Assembly: GCA_025999155.1 (NCBI GenBank)
Contig: AP026679.1
Span: 227,996-291,995, forward strand
Reading direction: 5' to 3'
Length of the DNA stretch: 64,000 nucleotides
From: Candidatus Dojkabacteria bacterium
GTDB taxonomy: Bacteria; Patescibacteriota; Dojkabacteria; JAOAGR01
In this document: positions 29,511-39,912 of the stretch, in pieces
How positions within the stretch are numbered: the first letter of the stretch is position 1
Layout: each line of letters opens with the position of its first letter
Program-made: the position numbers and the translations under genes
Notes under the pieces: model-generated
Told to the model about the DNA's origin: nothing
Database searches by the model: none
What the model saw: only the letters and a program-made list of their open reading frames with translations

Positions 29511-31049
29511 ATGTCAGCGACAGGAATACCTCATACAGTTCAAACACTAGAGACGACAACTGGATCTCCGGATCGATCCAATGGTGCGACCCCTGCAGGA
29601 AGCGCTTTGCGTCGTCCAGAAAGTCAGCTTATGTTAGGGATTTTAAACGATAGCAGAAAGCAGGCTGAAGAAGTATTAAGTGCGTTAAGTCTGGACAACC
29701 CGATAGTCAATCGTCTATTGAATGTATTGGAATCAGGATATATATCTTTACGACCACTACAGACTATTATGGAAAGACATTTGGAAGGTGGAAACTTGAT
29801 TGGGAAAGGACCACAGGTCATACGAACTGTCCTTGCAGGTATAACTGGGGATGTAATTCTGTACTCTGGTGCGAAGGAACTTCTGATTACAGAGGTAAAC
29901 AGAATAGGATCTATAGCTCAAACAACTTCGGAATTACAAAATCAAGTTGATGCCTTATTGCTAGAAGCTGGGTTACAAGTTCCAACAACAAAAGAAAAGA
30001 ATTTAGGCATACCAAAACTAGATGTTTATCGATATAACTTACTCGAATTGGTAGCCGAAAGATTAAGAGGCGTAGAGACGATGACGTATGGGGAAGTCCT
30101 TCTGAACAAAACAGAAGCAATTGCAGCCGCGGTTGGATCTGTCAAGGATGTGTACAGTAAGGGAATAGGACGTGTTGTAGAAGTTTATGAAAATGTTGCA
30201 AGTTCTATGCAGAATCTATATGGACACGTACCGCGAAAAAACTCTTTCTTTAGAGAATTATTAAGCAGGATAAGAAGTGTGTTTAAATCTAGGGAGGAAT
30301 TGATGCTTAACGCAATGCTTTACACTGTAGAGGGTGATATCAAGTCAATTCTGGATACAAATATCGGAGATGTTATTAGCAGCGGGATTCCGGAAAGTTT
30401 GTATGAACTTCATAGAAGAATTAAAGATATGGAAATAAGTGATATGACTCCAACTGAGGAAGAAATATATGGCAAAATGCTCATGGTACCGGGACCGAGT
30501 CGTCGGCTACCGATACCAAAGGTACTTCAGGATCTAGCTGAAAGTTTTGGCAAGTCCGTTGATAAGCCTGATCATAATCCTCTGCCTCTTCGTGACGGTT
30601 ACGGTATAATGCATAGGATAAGTCAACATTTTGATCACTTGAATCAATACGTGGAAGTATTGCGGAATGATGAGGATTTTGCTAATTCTACTAGAACATT
30701 TATCGAAAAATTTGTTCAAGCTTTATCATCAGATAACCAGAAAATTCAGAATATTATCGAGAAACTTGAATCAAGGATCTCACAATTAGAAGACGTTATA
30801 ACACTAGCCTCTAATAAAAAGAATGAAAAAGTGTTACAAAGAGCACAGGCGATGCATGCAAATTATTCGAGGCTTGTCGAAACACTTAGACAAGGAGTGA
30901 CATCACAAGACCAAAGCGAATCAAATATTAATATTGGAGATACTTTAGTAAACATACAAAAGAACATAGGACAAGTAAATAAAGAGCTTGGTAACTATGA
31001 CATGCATACGCAAGCAATATTACAAATAGAGGGTGTACGTGGAAGATAA
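29511..31049 (+). CDS. Hypothetical helical/coiled-coil protein (possible remote TelA-like)
   Basis: 512-aa ORF, heptad-rich; SFFRELLSRIRSVF..YTVEGDIKSI segment recalls TelA, by eye only. Confidence 0.8.
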   Translation: MSATGIPHTVQTLETTTGSPDRSNGATPAGSALRRPESQLMLGILNDSRKQAEEVLSALSLDNPIVNRLLNVLESGYISLRPLQTIMERHLEGGNLIGKGPQVIRTVLAGITGDVILYSGAKELLITEVNRIGSIAQTTSELQNQVDALLLEAGLQVPTTKEKNLGIPKLDVYRYNLLELVAERLRGVETMTYGEVLLNKTEAIAAAVGSVKDVYSKGIGRVVEVYENVASSMQNLYGHVPRKNSFFRELLSRIRSVFKSREELMLNAMLYTVEGDIKSILDTNIGDVISSGIPESLYELHRRIKDMEISDMTPTEEEIYGKMLMVPGPSRRLPIPKVLQDLAESFGKSVDKPDHNPLPLRDGYGIMHRISQHFDHLNQYVEVLRNDEDFANSTRTFIEKFVQALSSDNQKIQNIIEKLESRISQLEDVITLASNKKNEKVLQRAQAMHANYSRLVETLRQGVTSQDQSESNINIGDTLVNIQKNIGQVNKELGNYDMHTQAILQIEGVRGR

Positions 31050-31127
31050 TCGAAATCAAGATTATATCAAGATTATTATGTATAACCATAACTCATACAT
31101 GTAAATACTTCCAACAGTCCAATTAAA

Positions 31128-31167
31128 AAAAAGACGAGATTGTGCCATATCATGATCTCGTCTTTTT
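31128..31167. terminator. Inverted repeat / putative terminator after the 512-aa ORF
   Basis: aaaaagacgagat...atctcgtcttttt 13-bp perfect stem, 14-nt loop. Confidence 0.7.
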
Positions 31168-31369
31168 GTTTTTATATTGTTCTATTTCAATTAAGACCTG
31201 TTTATATATATAAATACTAGGGGAAATTATAAGTATAAGATGTAAAAATTCTAAGTATTCTATGAATTAGCTCTCACATCATTTCACTCTCAGTTTCGTA
31301 ACAAATATATGTTGTGAGTATTGCCCAGTCATCCACAAAACCGTTCTACTCTCTTTTTCACATACCTAA

Positions 31370-31397
31370 ACTGAGTATAAGGGATATTATACTCAGT
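31370..31397. other. dif-like Xer recombination site
   Basis: ACTGAGTATAA-GGGATA-TTATACTCAGT: 11+6+11 layout with ATAA-N6-TTAT core; perfect palindromic arms extend to 13 bp. Confidence 0.65.
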
Positions 31398-31641
31398 TTT
31401 TATATATCTTTATACACAGAGATCCACAACAGTGTTAATTAAAACCGTCAACAAAGATTCTCTACTTCTATGTAAAATAAAGAATTTTTCGGGCACTTAG
31501 TGAATACACTTGTAATGTAACAAGGAACGCGTATAAAAATAGGGATGCATCCAAAGAAAGATAAAAACTAGATAATGTAAAATAAAAAAGAGAAAATTAG
31601 GCATCACTCCCTACTCTGGAAAATCTATTTACTAAAACTTA

Positions 31642-32421
31642 TTAAAAAGAGGAAAAATATAGTAACGCGCCAACCAGAATTGCTTCCAAGATAGTCATGA
31701 AAAAATCAGGTAGGGATACAACTTTCCGAAAAGAATATAGGGAAATCACACTAAAATTATGAAAAAGTATACCTAATATCATAGCAACTAGAATTTGATT
31801 ATACGGCTTGATCAAGCCACTCATAAATAATAGACATAATATCAGAATAACGAACACATAGAGCAATACAGTATAAACAATACGTCCATTATCAAGTTCA
31901 TTAATCAAAGCAAAAATTATATATAAAAGTATAAAAACAGGAACAGTAAGTAATAATTTCACTACTAAAGATAATTCTCCTACTAAAAAGAACGCTAATA
32001 CAGCAAGAAAAAATATAACTACAGTATAAAAATGGTTTACCGTAAGAGCTGCTTTGGATAATCCAATATTTTTAAAATGCGATAGATTTAATATATTTTG
32101 TGTCAGAACAATGTAATACTGAGCAAGAATAAAAGCAAGCGTAAAAAGTAATCTGTATAAAAAACTAAATTCTTTCAAGAGATTATAATAAATCAACAAA
32201 TACACACCTAAATGAAAAGCTGGCAACAAGAGAATTGTCAGAAAGCCTTTTGGATGTAAATCAAAGTCAAATAACCAATAATTAATAAAGTAATTCATAA
32301 TCACCATAAAAAATATTGTCCCATACAGTACAAAACCTTCTAATCGGGAATTCTCCAAAAAGAAAATACACACAAAGACAAAAAAAAGAACACTCAAAAT
32401 ACTTTTAAGGCGAAAACTCAT
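31642..32421 (-). CDS. Hypothetical polytopic membrane protein
   Basis: 259 aa, about 8 TM segments. Confidence 0.8.
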   Translation of the reverse strand: MSFRLKSILSVLFFVFVCIFFLENSRLEGFVLYGTIFFMVIMNYFINYWLFDFDLHPKGFLTILLLPAFHLGVYLLIYYNLLKEFSFLYRLLFTLAFILAQYYIVLTQNILNLSHFKNIGLSKAALTVNHFYTVVIFFLAVLAFFLVGELSLVVKLLLTVPVFILLYIIFALINELDNGRIVYTVLLYVFVILILCLLFMSGLIKPYNQILVAMILGILFHNFSVISLYSFRKVVSLPDFFMTILEAILVGALLYFSSF

Positions 32422-32493
32422 ATAGACTCATTTCAACAAAATTAAAAACATACTTCACAAGCCTAAAACGATTATATAACATTTTCCTGAGTA

Positions 32494-33561
32494 TTACATA
32501 AGACCATACAAAGAAGACAAATTTGAAATGTACTCCCTACCCTTTTCTGTTAATACCCTACCTTTTACAGTTCTTTTCAGAAAACCAATCTTTATTAAAT
32601 AAGGTTCATATATATCTTCGATTGTTCTTACATCTTCATAGAGAGCAGAAGAAATATTTGATATACCAACAGGACCTCCGCCAAAATGCTTTTCAAGAAC
32701 ATATAAATATTTACGCATTACCAACTCTAAACCGTATTCATCGATATCCAAATTATTAAAAGTATGTAAGACTACTTCATACGAAATACAATCTCTGCGT
32801 AATTCTAATGCATAATCTCGTGCTCTTTTCAGATTACGAATAGCAAGTCTTGCCGTACCTCTAGACCGCCTTGCAATTTCAGTGGCAGCCTCTTCATCAA
32901 TTTTTATATTAAGATCTTTCGCGTATTTTGTGACAATCAATGATAAATCATGAACATCAAAAAAATCCACTTTAAACGTCATCCCAAACCTATCACGCAA
33001 AGGAGCACTAACTAAGCCAATTTGAGTGGTAGCACCAATTAGGGTAAATTTTGGTACTTTAACTTGAACTATTTGCGTCATAGAACCCTTACCTATGGCA
33101 ATATCCATTTTGAAGTCTTCTAAAATCGGGTACAAAAATTCTTCTAACACCTTACTTAATCGATGAATTTCATCAATAAAAAGCACATCTCCCTCTTTCA
33201 AATTCGTAATAATAGAAGCCATTTCTGCTTTTGATGTCAAAGTAGGTCCAGAAGTTAAAATAAAATGAGTACCGATTTCATTTGCTATTGCATAACCAAA
33301 AGTCGTCTTACCTAAACCAGGAGGTCCATAAAAAAGTAAATGTTCAAGTACATCCCCCCTACTTTTGGATGAATTAATCAAGGTTTTCAGTTTTGCCTTA
33401 ATATCATGACGCCCAACAATTTCGTCAATCTTATGAACCCGAATAATATCTTGATTACGATTACTTGAATTTATATCTTTGTTGCCCCCCCAATTATCGT
33501 GATCCGTGTCGTTAGTTTGTTTCTGATTTTTATACACATCCTTGCCAAATACTATAGCCAT
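32494..33561 (-). CDS. ruvB: Holliday junction branch migration helicase RuvB
   Basis: HLLFYGPPGLGKTT, LFIDEIHRL, FTLIGATT, PLRDRFG, YEPYLI. Confidence 0.97.
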   Translation of the reverse strand: MAIVFGKDVYKNQKQTNDTDHDNWGGNKDINSSNRNQDIIRVHKIDEIVGRHDIKAKLKTLINSSKSRGDVLEHLLFYGPPGLGKTTFGYAIANEIGTHFILTSGPTLTSKAEMASIITNLKEGDVLFIDEIHRLSKVLEEFLYPILEDFKMDIAIGKGSMTQIVQVKVPKFTLIGATTQIGLVSAPLRDRFGMTFKVDFFDVHDLSLIVTKYAKDLNIKIDEEAATEIARRSRGTARLAIRNLKRARDYALELRRDCISYEVVLHTFNNLDIDEYGLELVMRKYLYVLEKHFGGGPVGISNISSALYEDVRTIEDIYEPYLIKIGFLKRTVKGRVLTEKGREYISNLSSLYGLM

Positions 33562-33572
33562 ACCTTTTACCT

Positions 33573-34169
33573 TTACTTTGTTGTACTAATATTTTTCAAT
33601 ACATATTCTATTACTTCTTTTGTATCAAGAGAACACAAATATTCGTAATTTTTTAAAATAAAATCTTCTAATTCATACTGACTAAAACCAAACTCTTTTA
33701 ATGCTGAGATTATCAGACGAAACTTATTTTTGATGTCAATAGGAGCTGACTGCATCATTTGCTCAAATCCTCCTTCATCTTTAGTTATTATTGAAAGACC
33801 AAACATAAATTTTTGAGCAGTCTTTTTACCTACTCCACTTACTTGCATTAATTTATCTAAAGTAATATTTGATAAATCTGATATATTTTTGATAGATAAT
33901 TGATGCATAATCTGGAAAATCTGTTTAGCTCCTACACCTTTTATATTGATTAGTTTATCAAAAAGCAGCTTTTCTTCGATGCTAGCAAAGCCATACAACT
34001 CTTCGCTAAATTCGCTTCTTTTTACTGTTATAAAAAGATTTATTTGTTTTTTTACATCTTCGCTAGCGAATGTGTTTTTAAAATTAATAGCGTATCCAAT
34101 ACCCGATATCTCAACAATCACCTTATCCGAACAAAACCAAATTATTCTTCCTCTAATATAAGCTATCAT
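33573..34169 (-). CDS. ruvA: Holliday junction DNA-binding protein RuvA
   Basis: MIAYIRG, GIGY, LYGF, HhH motifs IKGVGAK and VSGVGKKTA. Confidence 0.93.
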   Translation of the reverse strand: MIAYIRGRIIWFCSDKVIVEISGIGYAINFKNTFASEDVKKQINLFITVKRSEFSEELYGFASIEEKLLFDKLINIKGVGAKQIFQIMHQLSIKNISDLSNITLDKLMQVSGVGKKTAQKFMFGLSIITKDEGGFEQMMQSAPIDIKNKFRLIISALKEFGFSQYELEDFILKNYEYLCSLDTKEVIEYVLKNISTTK

Positions 34170-34173
34170 CGAT

Positions 34174-34653
34174 TTAAATATGCAAAAAATTACTTAATCG
34201 TGTGTTTTGAGCTCCATATAATGCTAATGAAATAGCATCTAGCTCATCGTCAATATAATCTTCCAAATTCACTCCTAACCGAAGAGAAAGAGCTTTCTTG
34301 ATATCCTCTTTAGTAGCTTTACCAAATCCTGTTATATCTTTTTTCATTTTTGAAGGTTCAATCTCATATATAACAGTGTCAGCAAAAATCTCTAAAACAA
34401 CACCTTTTGACATGCATATTTTTTCAAACACTTTATTTCTACGATAAAAAAATAATTTTTCAATACAAACCCCAACAGGAAAATATTTATTCTGAATATA
34501 CAACATATCTTCTCTTAAAACACGCAAGCGTTTTATAAACGATAACTCTCTATCAGTTAAAATAACTCCAGAATCCATTACATTCATAGTATTGACATCT
34601 ACTACTGCAAAACCGCAACGATCATAACCTACATCTATACCTAAAATGGTCAT
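34174..34653 (-). CDS. ruvC: Crossover junction endodeoxyribonuclease RuvC
   Basis: ILGIDVG, IEKLFF, GFGKATK, DDELDA. Confidence 0.93.
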   Translation of the reverse strand: MTILGIDVGYDRCGFAVVDVNTMNVMDSGVILTDRELSFIKRLRVLREDMLYIQNKYFPVGVCIEKLFFYRRNKVFEKICMSKGVVLEIFADTVIYEIEPSKMKKDITGFGKATKEDIKKALSLRLGVNLEDYIDDELDAISLALYGAQNTRLSNFLHI

Positions 34654-34669
34654 AAGACATTATATACCC

Positions 34670-36190
34670 TTATTTAGAAAGATTCATTGATTGTCTAATT
34701 TTTTGATATTGCAGAAAATTGATTACGAACCAGGCTGAAAATAAACCAAGCAGCACAAATACTATTGTATTATTATTAAATAGATCTGTTTTTATGATAA
34801 AACTTTTCCCCAGTAAATTATTAAAATACACTAACAGTTCATACAGCATATCTGTCATAAATAACAGTATTTTTGAGAGAAAAAAGACTATTCCTTCTAA
34901 CATAGTTAGACCAAAAATTTCAACAAATAGCATCACAATACTGATAGTAAAGCCGCAAACAACTATGATTTCAAGAATTGGGAAAAAAAGAATATTTGAT
35001 ATGACTCCTGTCAAATTAACCGATTTGAAAAAATAGCCTGACACAACACCTGTTAGTCCTACTACTAAAACAGCAGAAAGCAAATTAGATAACAAAGACT
35101 CTTCAGAAATATCCAACAATTGAATCAAATCTGAATACATCATTAGTGCCCAAACTGCTGTAATAGATAATATAAAACTAAACGAAAATACTAAAGACGG
35201 TGACGCAAAAAGCATACACAAAGCTACCAAAGACATTTTACCCAAAGGATGTAACTTTCTCCCGACGATTGATTCCAAATTAAAAAATATCCAAAAAACA
35301 AAGGCCCGTGTTAAAGAGCCCTCCAAACCTACAACCAATAAATAAGTAGTAATGGTAATTAGATAAAATCCATTACGTATAAATTTGTTCTTCAGAATAG
35401 ATATCAGACCTTTTTCAAAAATGTACTTTATTACAAGCAAAACCATTACTATATTTGCCCCGCTAGCTACCAAAACATGTCCTAATCCTAATTGATTAAA
35501 CAATTTTTTATCTTCCGGAGATATTTGATCCCTTACCCCAAACAACATAGCACTTAAAATACTAGACCTGCCAGCATAATATTTTTCCATCGTTTCGTTA
35601 ATTAAACTTCTGATTTTATACACCGCTAACGAAATAAAATTCTCTTGTGAAGTAGTTTCATATTTATCCTGAAAACTAATAGCGTAAGAAAAACCCGTAG
35701 AGCGAGTTACATGGTCTAGATTTTTAAAGCAAATATACTCAAAAGAATGCAACTTCAGTAATCGAGTATCAACGTTTCGGATTACAACCGTACGAGTAAA
35801 ATGTTTATTATCAAAATTAACAAAAATTAAATTTATATCATTTTTATCAATATTTTGCACGACACCACATAATTCTGCGAGAGAAATATGTTGTCGTGTT
35901 TGTGGACCAATATAAAATGAAGTTATAAAAATAATAAGTAATATCCATACTATAATAACGAATATTTTAAAAACTGGGTTATCATTAAGAAAAAAAGAAA
36001 TATAGCCTAATAAAAAACTGAAGATTAACCATAAATAATTCCCAGAATCAGTGAAAATAAAAAAAGCCAACAGACTCCCAAAAAAATATATTCCGGGCGT
36101 AGTAAAATAACTCTTCTTCAAACACCAGTCAAAAAAATCTGCAAATACTTGCAATTTAGATTTGAGATTTTGTGAAATAATGTATTCCAA
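34670..36190 (-). CDS. comEC: ComEC/Rec2 competence membrane protein (no metallo-beta-lactamase domain)
   Basis: GLGHVLVASGAN, SLTRA, SFILS motifs; multiple TM segments. Confidence 0.88.
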   Translation of the reverse strand: MEYIISQNLKSKLQVFADFFDWCLKKSYFTTPGIYFFGSLLAFFIFTDSGNYLWLIFSFLLGYISFFLNDNPVFKIFVIIVWILLIIFITSFYIGPQTRQHISLAELCGVVQNIDKNDINLIFVNFDNKHFTRTVVIRNVDTRLLKLHSFEYICFKNLDHVTRSTGFSYAISFQDKYETTSQENFISLAVYKIRSLINETMEKYYAGRSSILSAMLFGVRDQISPEDKKLFNQLGLGHVLVASGANIVMVLLVIKYIFEKGLISILKNKFIRNGFYLITITTYLLVVGLEGSLTRAFVFWIFFNLESIVGRKLHPLGKMSLVALCMLFASPSLVFSFSFILSITAVWALMMYSDLIQLLDISEESLLSNLLSAVLVVGLTGVVSGYFFKSVNLTGVISNILFFPILEIIVVCGFTISIVMLFVEIFGLTMLEGIVFFLSKILLFMTDMLYELLVYFNNLLGKSFIIKTDLFNNNTIVFVLLGLFSAWFVINFLQYQKIRQSMNLSK

Positions 36191-36244
36191 AGCTAATTAA
36201 ATTTCACGTAGAGAACAATTTATTATCTGCTTACAGAACACTTA

Positions 36245-36910
36245 TCAAGTGGTAATTTTATCCTTTATCTTGTCAAATTGCGACTTCGTAACAACTTTCT
36301 TAGTTAAAAGTTCGTCAATAGAATTATAAGGACGGCTAGATATAATTTTATCTGCCGTTACTTCCCCTACACCAGGTAAATCGATTAACTCTTTACGAGA
36401 AGCTGTATTAATGTTTATCAATCCTGATTGCGTATATACACCAAGTACTCCACCAGAGTCCTGAGGAGTATCACCTTGCGATGAATTAGTGTTAGGAGAT
36501 ACAGCAGCCATCAAATCCTCCACAGTAGGAATATATATTTTCATACCATCTGATATTTTTTGAGCCTTATTAATATTCTTGTCAAAATATTTTGCATCAA
36601 CACTCTCAGTAAGGCCCCCAGCTTTTTCTATCACTTCAATTACTCTTGCATTCTCTTGCATCTCATATACTCCAGGGTTTCTAACTGCACCACCTATATC
36701 TACTATTACAGTCTTTGCTACGTCTGAAAAAGCATTAGTTTCATCAGAAGATGCTATATTTGATTTTAAATCAGGCTTCTGATTCTGATTTAGGTTCGAA
36801 TTTTTTGATACCAAATAGAACCCGAAAGCCAGCAGTGCAATTATAAGCACTATATTTATTATCTTTATAAGTGATCGCTTCTGATCACTCGAAGTATTTA
36901 CAATGTCCAT
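36245..36910 (-). CDS. comEA: Competence DNA receptor ComEA
   Basis: TM, SLBB domain (VDIGGAVRNPGVY), HhH domain (ININTAS..LPGVGEVTA). Confidence 0.94.
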   Translation of the reverse strand: MDIVNTSSDQKRSLIKIINIVLIIALLAFGFYLVSKNSNLNQNQKPDLKSNIASSDETNAFSDVAKTVIVDIGGAVRNPGVYEMQENARVIEVIEKAGGLTESVDAKYFDKNINKAQKISDGMKIYIPTVEDLMAAVSPNTNSSQGDTPQDSGGVLGVYTQSGLININTASRKELIDLPGVGEVTADKIISSRPYNSIDELLTKKVVTKSQFDKIKDKITT

Positions 36911-36925
36911 GTGATAATTATTATA

Positions 36926-38008
36926 CTAAGTCACATCGACATTTTCATCAGCATAAAATTTCTTAATTCTATCTTCTGTAAAACCTTTCATGTGCACTTC
37001 AACCGTTAACCTGATACCAATTTTATCAGCTTCTGTCCAGATTTTATCTACGACTGCATAGTAATCTTCTGCAGTACCGTTACCAACATTCATTATGATG
37101 TTTTTATTGATTTGAACCTGTCCAGGCGGAGTTTTTTCTGGTACCATAATATCCCCTACTCTATAACCGGACAAGTTAAGTACATGTTCGATCAAATATG
37201 CTACTGAATTGGTGGGTAATCCTAATTTTTCCTGCTGAGCTTTTGTAAGATTTAAAAAAACTGAACCTAACGAATTTTTTGGTTGAGAAGCTTTTTTTTG
37301 TGCCCACATAGTTGCTGCCCTTTGAGCACGATTTTTATCACCTAATCGTAAAAGAAAATTCACGGTTATAACGACAGATTTTGAATGTTGAAGTTTGCTA
37401 TAACCATAATGAAAATCAAGTTCGTCATGATAAACAAGTCTAATATCGCCATTTTGATCTAATATTTCGACAGAATGTACATAATCAGAAAAATTTTTAG
37501 GACCTCCATGAATATTATTCACTACAGACGCGCCAACTGTACCGGGAATCCCTGCAAAATAATGTAAACCCACAATCCCCCTGTCATTTAGAAAATTAAT
37601 AATATATGGTAAAGGCACACCGGCATCGGCTTTCACAAGTATTTCCTCTCCTTCCGTTTCATCATATTCTATGTCAGAAATATCATAACCTGAAGATATT
37701 GTACTTGTACGAAATACTTGATGTCTCGTTTCGACTCGTTTTAATTTTACATCCCGATACAGAGATCTATCTAGACCTACCTGGATATTTTTTGATTTAA
37801 CTTGTATCAGATCACAATCAACGCCATTATCTGCAAAAAGGGTATTCGCAGACCATCCTATAATATCAAATGCTTTCCCATTTAATACATAATCTCTCAG
37901 TGTATTAACAAGCTCATCAGAAGATTCACTCACAATAAATTTTTTACATGGCCCACCTATTTTTATCCAAGAACAATCCTTTAGTAGGATGTTTTCGTAT
38001 ATTTGCAT
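36926..38008 (-). CDS. murB: UDP-N-acetylenolpyruvoylglucosamine reductase
   Basis: KIGGP, GIPGTVG, FHYGYS, SLGSVF; carries a ~40-aa insertion. Confidence 0.88.
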   Translation of the reverse strand: MQIYENILLKDCSWIKIGGPCKKFIVSESSDELVNTLRDYVLNGKAFDIIGWSANTLFADNGVDCDLIQVKSKNIQVGLDRSLYRDVKLKRVETRHQVFRTSTISSGYDISDIEYDETEGEEILVKADAGVPLPYIINFLNDRGIVGLHYFAGIPGTVGASVVNNIHGGPKNFSDYVHSVEILDQNGDIRLVYHDELDFHYGYSKLQHSKSVVITVNFLLRLGDKNRAQRAATMWAQKKASQPKNSLGSVFLNLTKAQQEKLGLPTNSVAYLIEHVLNLSGYRVGDIMVPEKTPPGQVQINKNIIMNVGNGTAEDYYAVVDKIWTEADKIGIRLTVEVHMKGFTEDRIKKFYADENVDVT

Positions 38009-38101
38009 AAACTATCTTAACACAGCGATTACAAAAATAATATTATTATCACAAGTTTAACATCTGATTGAGTTTCGAATCTAATTTTCATATTCTATAT
38101 T

Positions 38102-39901
38102 GTGATAAATCTGTTTAAAACTCTAAGGACAAAGAGCATTCCAGATTTTAACCTTTCGGGACATTCTTTATGTCGTACAATCCTAATTGGAGGCGAAGCG
38201 GGTCAAGGTATCAAATCTGCAGGTCTAATTGTCTCCCACGCATTATTATTGGCAGGCTTCAACGTCAAGCTTTATGACGAATATCCATCACTTATCAGAG
38301 GCGGACATACCGATGTATTAATAACCTTTTCTGAATTCCCAGTATACGCTCCAAATAGCGAGGTTGATGTAATGGTCTGTATAGACCATAAAACGTTTAT
38401 TAATCGTAAACAAGATTTAAATTTAAATTCGATTATTTTGTATGACGAGAACGAATTTCGTTTAGATAACAACGAAACCAATGTTTATCCTTGCGAGATT
38501 TTCACCATACCTGTCAATAAGATTATCAAGACTTATAAATTACCGGCATATACAAAAAATACAATTTACCTATGTGCTTGTTTGATGACTCTCGGTATAG
38601 ATATTGACACAACAAAACAAGCCATTACAAAGGTACTCCAGAAAAAACCTGATAAGCTTAATTTAAATATCCAAGCATGTGAGCTCACTTATCAAAATCT
38701 CAATGACATTTTTGGTATAAGACAAATAAAAGTTACTAACCAAAATAATCTTAAGAAGAAAAGATTTTTCTTAAGTGGAAACGAATGTGCCGGTAGCGGT
38801 GCTATCGAGGCTCGTATGGGATTTTATGCCGCTTATCCCATGACTCCTGCATCAAGTCTTTTAGATTTTATGTTTAAGCATTACCGTACGTACAATTTTA
38901 TCGTAAAACAGACAGAAGATGAAATAGCAGCTATCAACATGGCAATTGGAGCTGCATTTGCTGGAGCAAGATCAATGGTTGGTACATCTGGAGGTGGGTT
39001 TAGTCTTATGGTGGAAGGACTTGGACTCGCAGCAATGACCGAAACCCCTCTTGTTATTTTTCTAGCTCAAAGACCAGGGCCATCCACAGGTATGCCGACT
39101 TGGACAGCTCAATCGGATTTGTTATTCGTACTCAATGCATCGCAAGATGAGTTTCCCCGTGTTGTGCTCACTCCAACAGATCATGAAGAGCTACGAGAAA
39201 TGACTTTTCTTGCTTTTAATATTGCAGAGAAATATCAAATACCGGTCTTTATACTAAGTGATAAATATCTATCTGAATCATACACAACAATTACATATCA
39301 AGATCCAAATCCTAGTAAAAAAATAGATCGAGGTTTACTACTAAACGCGTCTGCCCTTGCTAGAATTGAAAATTTTAAAAGATACGAATTTACAAATTCA
39401 GGTATATCCGCTAGATCTCTACCTGGTCAAATAAATGGTATACATCTTGCCAACAGTGACGAAAGTGATGAATACGGTTATTCCAACGAAACTTCTGAAA
39501 TACGTCGATTAAAGATGCAGAAAAGATTTAAAAAAGTAGAAAATGTCTCATCTGATTTGCCTGGTCTTAACGTGTATGGCGCTCATAAAACAAAATATTG
39601 TATTGTAACATGGGGTAGTTCCAAAGGAAGTGCTTTAGAAGCAATAAGACGTTTACAAATGATGAATAAATACATCAAATTAGTTGCATTGAATTATGTA
39701 GAGCCTCTACCAGAAAAAGATTTAATCAGTATACTCAAACCAATGAAAAAAATTTTTTTAATCGAAAATAACTACACGGGCCAATTATACAATATACTAA
39801 GGCATTTGATAGATACTAGCCTAGTAGTTAGATTTAATAAATACGATGGCAGACCAATCTTCCCCAAAGAAATAGTAGATTTTATATTAACCAGCATTTA
39901 G
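38102..39901 (+). CDS. korA: 2-oxoacid:ferredoxin oxidoreductase alpha subunit
   Basis: GGEAGQG, YPSLIRGGH, YPMTPAS, EDEIAA, TSGGGFSLM, QRPGPSTGMPT. Confidence 0.93.
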   Translation: MINLFKTLRTKSIPDFNLSGHSLCRTILIGGEAGQGIKSAGLIVSHALLLAGFNVKLYDEYPSLIRGGHTDVLITFSEFPVYAPNSEVDVMVCIDHKTFINRKQDLNLNSIILYDENEFRLDNNETNVYPCEIFTIPVNKIIKTYKLPAYTKNTIYLCACLMTLGIDIDTTKQAITKVLQKKPDKLNLNIQACELTYQNLNDIFGIRQIKVTNQNNLKKKRFFLSGNECAGSGAIEARMGFYAAYPMTPASSLLDFMFKHYRTYNFIVKQTEDEIAAINMAIGAAFAGARSMVGTSGGGFSLMVEGLGLAAMTETPLVIFLAQRPGPSTGMPTWTAQSDLLFVLNASQDEFPRVVLTPTDHEELREMTFLAFNIAEKYQIPVFILSDKYLSESYTTITYQDPNPSKKIDRGLLLNASALARIENFKRYEFTNSGISARSLPGQINGIHLANSDESDEYGYSNETSEIRRLKMQKRFKKVENVSSDLPGLNVYGAHKTKYCIVTWGSSKGSALEAIRRLQMMNKYIKLVALNYVEPLPEKDLISILKPMKKIFLIENNYTGQLYNILRHLIDTSLVVRFNKYDGRPIFPKEIVDFILTSI

Positions 39902-39912
39902 AGCTAATTATT

